A stretch of DNA of 64,000 nt from a virus. The translations under genes and the position numbers were made by a program. The notes beneath the pieces were generated by a model. That model was not told where the DNA came from and did not search any database. It saw nothing but the letters and a program-made list of their open reading frames with translations. Below are positions 58,403 to 64,000 of this stretch, in pieces (position 1 is the stretch's first letter; every line of letters starts with the position of its first letter). The stretch lies in the IMG/VR virus record IMGVR_UViG_3300037042_004000, positions 1-64,000 of that record; one strand, written 5' to 3'.

Positions 58403-58888
58403 ATGAACAATGTAGTTAAGTTATTATCAGTTTTCTTTGTAGTTTTTATTATTGGTTGTGGGGCAAATCTTTTTATTGGCGGTCTTGTTAATGGTGCTAT
58501 AGATTTTTATCTTGTATGGAAAGATGGCGAGGCCCATAAATGCTATGATTATGATGTTTTTATCATTCGTAATTCTGTCATAATGGCTCTTGAAGAAATG
58601 AAAATACCTATCACAGAATTAGGCGATAATAAAATTATAGCTGGTGAAAAAGAACGATTCAAGATAAAAATAGAAAAAATTCAGTCAAATATAACAAAAT
58701 TAAGTGTTAGAATTAACTTCATGGGTGATAAACCATATGCAGAATTATTATATCAACTTGTAGATGACCATTTAAATACAATTGATTTTCAAAAACCAAT
58801 TCCTCAATTATCTCCAGTTCCTAAACAAATAATTCCCAAACAAACAATGCCAATTAGAAGGCGATTGTTTAGGAGAAACATGGTATGA
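58403..58888 (+). CDS. Lipoprotein, DUF3568-like
   Basis: Hydrophobic N-terminus with IIGC lipobox; T.LSVRI...GD....ELL. Confidence 0.55.
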   Translation: MNNVVKLLSVFFVVFIIGCGANLFIGGLVNGAIDFYLVWKDGEAHKCYDYDVFIIRNSVIMALEEMKIPITELGDNKIIAGEKERFKIKIEKIQSNITKLSVRINFMGDKPYAELLYQLVDDHLNTIDFQKPIPQLSPVPKQIIPKQTMPIRRRLFRRNMV

Positions 58889-59517
58889 CATTTAAATTAT
58901 GGTTAGAAGCCCAATTGGCTTATGATATGCGTAATTTGGATAATCCAGATGCTGGTGATCCAAATTGGCTTACAAATGATAAAAAAAACAAATTGCGAGG
59001 ATTATATGCTGGACCGACTCCCAAAAAAGGTATGCACGAATTAAAAGTTTGGTGGAATCAAGCCGTAGATAGAAATTTTATTCAATCGGTCACAACTATT
59101 CATTTTGGTCATGCTGATAGAATTGATAAAGAAATACAAGGCAATAAAAATGATGATCTCTCATGCATAGGCTACATTAATCCACCGTATAAAAACAATT
59201 GGGTGGGCAATTGCGGAATAATAGTAAAAGGTCATATTACTCTAGCAGGTAATTCTGACCTTCAGAGTAATCAATGGGTGATAAGAACTCGTACAGGTCG
59301 TCGCAAATATTCAGAATATTATAGAGATTTTATTATTGATAAAAATACTTTTGTGCCACCATCGGGAAGAAAATACAATGAATTTTTAGTGGCAAATTGG
59401 TCACCTATTGCCGTAGTGGTAAGTGGTGACAATCTTGATTCTTCTATGACGCCACAACAATTGTCCCAAAAATATAAATTACCATTATTAGATGAGAGTG
59501 GGCAGCGTTTAGCTTAA
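58885..59517 (+). CDS. Cargo-motif protein, possible ART-like fold
   Basis: MTFKLWLE; TIHF...LSC...YNEFLV. Confidence 0.5.
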   Translation: MTFKLWLEAQLAYDMRNLDNPDAGDPNWLTNDKKNKLRGLYAGPTPKKGMHELKVWWNQAVDRNFIQSVTTIHFGHADRIDKEIQGNKNDDLSCIGYINPPYKNNWVGNCGIIVKGHITLAGNSDLQSNQWVIRTRTGRRKYSEYYRDFIIDKNTFVPPSGRKYNEFLVANWSPIAVVVSGDNLDSSMTPQQLSQKYKLPLLDESGQRLA

Positions 59518-60881
59518 ATTACAAATTTTCTAACCAATTTGTTGTTTTGGACATCCCACATTTCATTAGATCCAATATTTTCAATAGTTGATACGCTAGT
59601 AATCGCAGCTTCTGCCATCTCTTCTTCACTTGAAGAAATTTCTTCTGTTATATTGCCACGTTTGTCTAATGTAAAATATTTATCTGCTGGGACTTCAACC
59701 TCTATATTGGTAATATCTAGCCCATTAGCTAACATGCTTACTCCTTTATAAAATTTAGACAATTTAATCATTTTTGTTTGTGGAACAAGTATACCATTAT
59801 CAAAGTTTATAACATCATGTGCGCCTTCAATATCATCTTTACAGATATTCCTCATCATTTTAACATCTGGGCTTTTAATGCCTTTATTGAGAAATTCGGC
59901 TATCATTACATCCTGATAAGGTCGTCCAGCGGTCATGTCTAACTGCAACATCATATCTGCAATTGCCTGGGTATACTTTACAACTCTAGGCGTTTTAATA
60001 ACAGCTTGTGCCAAATAAGCATACGCAGCATCCCTAGCTGTCTTTAAAGCCGTCATTTGGTCTTTACCGTTCGATTTTTCTTTTTCATAAATCCCAACCA
60101 TAATATTCCACCATGCACCTAAAAAGACTCTGCCAAAACTATGGCATTCACTACTTAATTGATTATCTGACGATTCCTTTGGCAAACCTTCTGGCGGAAC
60201 ATATCTAAAATTATTATTTGCATCTCGTAAAGCATAAGATAGTGTAGCTCCTAAATCATGTAAAATTTGACCAGCTTGTTCCGCCAAGGAAGACAAAGAA
60301 TTTGTCTTCCTTAAATCACCACCACAATCTGCTAAGGCTCTATTCAACAATTCATCAAATTGCATTGATGTTATAATGGCAGAAATATCGGAAAACGCTT
60401 CGTGAAAAGCCCAAATTTCCAATGCTTGTACACTCCAGAAATCAGGTCTAACAGCATCTAAAATTGCGTGACCTTGTTCATGTGCCACAACATTGGCAGA
60501 TTCTACCATAAAAATTTGTCTTTTAGATTTATCAATAAAAGAGAAAAATTTTATATTAGCTCTGTCATAATAAGCATTAAGTTCGTTGCCTGCTCTAGGA
60601 AAAACTTTAAGGGTATTGGTTGCAGCCCATTTTTTTAAAGGTAGATATTTGCTAGCATAATCTAACCCAGCAACCATTGTAATAACAGCGCCATTTGCTT
60701 GTCCTTCTAATGTGCCGAGATTGGCTGCTTGGCCTTTAAATCCTGCTACTGACAATTTCATTGTTTCTGGCAAATTTGGTAATGTTGCTTTTTTAACAAG
60801 TTGAATGGCGGGATCATCTAGAAAATAATCTGTAATAACTGGTGTGGCAAAGAACCGTTTGATGTTGTTAATAATTTGCAT
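59514..60881 (-). CDS. Thermolysin/fungalysin-like (M4/M36) zinc metalloprotease
   Basis: NAYYDR, VVAHEQGH, AFHEAFSD, ECH. Confidence 0.85.
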   Translation of the reverse strand: MQIINNIKRFFATPVITDYFLDDPAIQLVKKATLPNLPETMKLSVAGFKGQAANLGTLEGQANGAVITMVAGLDYASKYLPLKKWAATNTLKVFPRAGNELNAYYDRANIKFFSFIDKSKRQIFMVESANVVAHEQGHAILDAVRPDFWSVQALEIWAFHEAFSDISAIITSMQFDELLNRALADCGGDLRKTNSLSSLAEQAGQILHDLGATLSYALRDANNNFRYVPPEGLPKESSDNQLSSECHSFGRVFLGAWWNIMVGIYEKEKSNGKDQMTALKTARDAAYAYLAQAVIKTPRVVKYTQAIADMMLQLDMTAGRPYQDVMIAEFLNKGIKSPDVKMMRNICKDDIEGAHDVINFDNGILVPQTKMIKLSKFYKGVSMLANGLDITNIEVEVPADKYFTLDKRGNITEEISSSEEEMAEAAITSVSTIENIGSNEMWDVQNNKLVRKFVI

Positions 60882-60909
60882 TTTGTCTCTCCTTTCTATT
60901 ATATATTAT

Positions 60910-61506
60910 ATGAACGAAAAAGAACAAAAGATAAAAGAACTAAGAGCCATTGAGGCTAATAAGAAGAATTATATGGGATTAAGTGGCAAATTTGGGTTAA
61001 TTGTCAAAACGCTAGGACAACCCATTATAGAACAACATGAGGGCGGGAGTTGGTATGAGTCAAGTTATTTGGACGAAGTAGATAATTTTGAAAATGACGG
61101 CGATATTGTAGATGAATTGCCTAAAATGGATGTTGAAGAAAGAAATGAACCTGTTGGTGATGAATGGAGAAACGAAAGAATTGATGGAACTATTTATTCT
61201 CCTGTTTCCATTGGATGGTATTTTGAAGGATTAAATATTGGAATGCATATTGAGATTCTGTATAAAGAAAACGATAAGTTGTTAAGAGTATCGTTTAAAG
61301 GACATGTTGTTTATAAGGAAACAATGGGAGAATTAGAGGCATTTGTTCCTGGTGTTGAATGGGAATCATTAATTGATAAATTGTATATTTCAGCAAAAGA
61401 AAAACATGCTGTTTTGAAACGTGATAATAAACAAAAAGATGAACAAAAAAATGTTCGTCTTAAAAAGAATTGGCTTAAAAAAATTAATGAAATTTGGGGC
61501 GTGTGA
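60910..61506 (+). CDS. Hypothetical protein (start revised)
   Basis: TATATA-N4-ATG. Confidence 0.6.
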   Translation: MNEKEQKIKELRAIEANKKNYMGLSGKFGLIVKTLGQPIIEQHEGGSWYESSYLDEVDNFENDGDIVDELPKMDVEERNEPVGDEWRNERIDGTIYSPVSIGWYFEGLNIGMHIEILYKENDKLLRVSFKGHVVYKETMGELEAFVPGVEWESLIDKLYISAKEKHAVLKRDNKQKDEQKNVRLKKNWLKKINEIWGV

Positions 61507-61537
61507 AATTTGTAATAATTTGCCTATATATTTGGAC

Positions 61538-62305
61538 ATGGAAAGCTACAGTAAATGGGTGAAAATTCGTGAAGGAATAGCTACAGGAAGAGGTGTTATT
61601 GAACCTCCTACAAAAGATGATAACGACGAAGGCCCCTACGATCCACAGTGGCCAAATTACTGGAAACGAATTGAACAGTGGATCGGTTCTCATTACGATG
61701 AATTTTTACCACTTTTTGAAATGATGGTAGAACAGTCGATTGCGTTAAACCCCGATACTAATGCCAAATATAAAGGCGGAATAGGGAAAGATGAACCGCT
61801 TTTTAGAGTTGAATTGGTGTGGGTTGTAAATCAACTTGAAAACAAACTGTTGTTCGATCAAATCGACAACAAATTAGAAGCCGTCCTCTCCCGATCTTCA
61901 ATAAAAGAGATCATGCCTGATGCTGATATGGAGAGAGAATTGGCATCTGGATTGACAGATATGTGTTATCGGTCTGTCCTTATGAGTTTCTCGAAGTTCT
62001 GCAATCCGTATTCTGAAAACAAGGCTTTTTACAAAAAAGCGATAGATTTTTTGATTGAGGCATCACAACGAAGGGATTTGTTTGTTTTAGCTGGGAAGTT
62101 AGCCTTGATGACTATGGAAAGGATTTGTTCATCTGCTTTTAGAGACACATCTATTTGTAGTCATTTAGATAAGGCTAAATTAGTACCTATAGATAATGAG
62201 GATGGAAAATTAACACTATTCTACAATAACGTTAATTTTAGAGATGGCAACAAAGCATTCACATTCACAGTTGATAGAATGTGTGTGCTTAAATTAATGG
62301 TTTAG
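61538..62305 (+). CDS. Cargo-motif-like hypothetical protein (start revised)
   Basis: MESYSKWVKIREG; TATATA 7 nt upstream. Confidence 0.55.
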   Translation: MESYSKWVKIREGIATGRGVIEPPTKDDNDEGPYDPQWPNYWKRIEQWIGSHYDEFLPLFEMMVEQSIALNPDTNAKYKGGIGKDEPLFRVELVWVVNQLENKLLFDQIDNKLEAVLSRSSIKEIMPDADMERELASGLTDMCYRSVLMSFSKFCNPYSENKAFYKKAIDFLIEASQRRDLFVLAGKLALMTMERICSSAFRDTSICSHLDKAKLVPIDNEDGKLTLFYNNVNFRDGNKAFTFTVDRMCVLKLMV

Positions 62306-62757
62306 AAGAAGAATAGAAAATAAACTATTGCTCCAACTTGTGCTACTATAACTCCAATTCCAGTCCAATCCCACGCATTTAATTTCTTTTCATCTTCAGC
62401 CTTTAGTAAGGCTCTTCTTGTTGGGATTTTTAATGCGGCTACTTGTTCTTTAAGAGAAGTGAGTTCTGCTTCGTAATTAGATGATGGTTGTTCTTTTACA
62501 ACCGTTCTCTCTACTTCAGTTAAATTTAATGTATATTCTGGCTTAAAAGTTTCTTTCTTAATAACGGTCTGACCATCTTCGTCATAGGTGTGAATTTCTC
62601 TTTCAACAATCACAGGCGCTCTTCGTTCAATTATTTTTTCACTTAAAAATTTTGGGACTGGTTTTTCCACCCAAATTTCCTGAACAGTTTCTTCATAAAT
62701 TCTTTTTTCGGCTTTTCGGCCATCTTCTAATACAATTTGTTTTACGGTTTCACTCAT
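62302..62757 (-). CDS. Hypothetical protein with a C-terminal transmembrane helix
   Basis: Ends GIGVIVAQVGAIVYFLFF. Confidence 0.6.
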   Translation of the reverse strand: MSETVKQIVLEDGRKAEKRIYEETVQEIWVEKPVPKFLSEKIIERRAPVIVEREIHTYDEDGQTVIKKETFKPEYTLNLTEVERTVVKEQPSSNYEAELTSLKEQVAALKIPTRRALLKAEDEKKLNAWDWTGIGVIVAQVGAIVYFLFFF

Positions 62758-62847
62758 ACAATGCCCTCATTCTGATTATTATATAGTAGTAAACGTAGAA
62801 AATTTTCATGATTAATAATCGCCAAAAAGAAGGCTAATTTTGGGCAC

Positions 62848-63051
62848 TTATTTGTTTATTTTTTGCTTTATTTCTTTAAGGTCTTGGTGGATGTTATCAA
62901 CTATCTCTTTATTATGTGTAATTATCTCTTGATTTTGTGTAACTATTGTGTGGTTGTGCAAAGTTAATATGGCATTACTAATGACAAAAATCACTATTAC
63001 TACATTAAAAATAAATTGCACAACATATAAAGACACTGAAATATTTTTCAT
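62848..63051 (-). CDS. Small membrane protein
   Basis: N-terminal TM helix plus a coiled tail; TATATA-N4-ATG. Confidence 0.55.
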   Translation of the reverse strand: MKNISVSLYVVQFIFNVVIVIFVISNAILTLHNHTIVTQNQEIITHNKEIVDNIHQDLKEIKQKINK

Positions 63052-63065
63052 ACAATATATAGTGT

Positions 63066-63821
63066 ATGATTACTTTTTTGGAGTATGTTAAAAAGAAAAA
63101 ATTCTCAAAAAAATTCATACAACAATACGGACACTTTAAAGTCTGTGTTGTGAATGGCAAGGCAGTTAGGGATTTTTCTAAAGAGGCAGAGGAATTCGGG
63201 GAAATTTCTATACACCCTTATTTTCCTACTCTAATTCCAAAAAACGAAATTTGGATAGAGGATAATATTAAACCGAAAGAACAAGGAGTGTTAATTGCGT
63301 CCGCTTTACATCAATTGAAAAAAATAGAAAGTGGCATGTCTTTGGAAAAGGCATATGAAGATGGTATGAAAAAACAAAATAAATATAGAGAAGCTATATT
63401 GTTATCCAAAAAGAAAATTTATTCAACAAATAAGTCGGCACCAGATTATGTTTATATTAAAAAATATGGGCATGTAGAAAACGAAGATGTAGATGTTTGG
63501 CTGGTGGATGGTGAAACAGTAAGAAACCATTTTAAGGTTGATTATTTGGAAGGGGGACATGGATATGTTTATGGATGGATTCCCAATGGTGAAATTTGGA
63601 TAGAAAAAAGCCCACATCCAAATGAGTGGTCATATATTTTACTTCATGAATATGTTGAATTGGTGTTAATGAAATATAAGAAGATGGGGTACGATAAAGC
63701 TCATGCAATAGCATCTAAATGCGAATGGTATATGCGAAAATATAAATCAAATTATTCTAAAAAACAAGCTCTTTCTCTTACCAAAGAAAAAGCACTTGAA
63801 TTAGTTAGGAGAAACAAATGA
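63066..63821 (+). CDS. Cargo-motif protein with an internally duplicated metallopeptidase-like domain
   Basis: MITFLEYV; V.G..VR...IP..EIWIE twice; LLHEYVE...AH. Confidence 0.6.
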   Translation: MITFLEYVKKKKFSKKFIQQYGHFKVCVVNGKAVRDFSKEAEEFGEISIHPYFPTLIPKNEIWIEDNIKPKEQGVLIASALHQLKKIESGMSLEKAYEDGMKKQNKYREAILLSKKKIYSTNKSAPDYVYIKKYGHVENEDVDVWLVDGETVRNHFKVDYLEGGHGYVYGWIPNGEIWIEKSPHPNEWSYILLHEYVELVLMKYKKMGYDKAHAIASKCEWYMRKYKSNYSKKQALSLTKEKALELVRRNK

Positions 63822-64000
63822 TAGCAACTGGTGGAATTTTAATATCTGGAACTAGTTTATATAGAAAAACAAGAGTGCCACCTCTTTTAATACCTAATGC
63901 CATTGTGCTTATTGGTAATTCTATGCTGTATGGACGAAGAAGATCGCTATCTCGATTAACGGGAGTGGATGCCTATGACAATCGTTGTAGAGAACCATCT
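63818..64000 (+). CDS. Partial ORF running off the window end
   Basis: ATGA overlap and AGGAG RBS; open to 64000. Confidence 0.4.
   Translation, partial: MIATGGILISGTSLYRKTRVPPLLIPNAIVLIGNSMLYGRRRSLSRLTGVDAYDNRCREPS

Noticed and set aside
1-64000. Stop-codon reassignment
   Set aside because: Long genes are intact and tightly packed in code 11, and TAA, TGA and TAG all end genes
1-64000. Archaeal virus or Borg-like element (TATA boxes, tandem repeats, volactin-like gene)
   Set aside because: TATATA lies 4-5 nt from starts rather than about 25 nt; T4-like baseplate, M23 peptidase and GT9 favour a bacterial host, although the host is not proven
1-64000. tRNA or rRNA genes
   Set aside because: No cloverleaf or rRNA-like segment recognised by eye; tRNAscan-SE was not run

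Overview
An AT-rich, densely coded 64 kb segment of a large tailed (myovirus, T4-like or jumbo-type) bacteriophage genome in the standard genetic code. Left to right: (1) a non-coding repeat/palindrome block (1-600) that looks like an origin or genome end; (2) an accessory region (0.6-20 kb) rich in small proteins with a T4 internal-protein-like N-terminal motif (M-x-F-x-x-W-L-x-E), plus two TnpB elements inserted in one host gene, a 100-bp mini-element derived from one of them, coaB and a frameshifted coaC-M23 peptidase fusion, hsp20 and a CCA-adding-enzyme homologue; (3) a contractile tail/baseplate operon (20-41 kb): tape measure, gp53/hub/gp5/gp25/gp6/gp7-like proteins and PKD-domain fibres; (4) glycosyltransferases and an actin-family ATPase (41-47 kb); (5) a 1335-aa cargo-motif protein, primase, HNH nuclease, Cas4-like nuclease and several proteases (48-64 kb). 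The best-supported unusual features are: a full IS200/IS605 element and its mini-element that both follow TTAC and whose exact removal restores two reading frames; a palindromic TATATA-N4-5-ATG motif that appears to drive leaderless, often bidirectional, transcription; and a large set of proteins with the capsid-targeting-like tag. All product calls come from recognising motifs by eye; no database searches were run.
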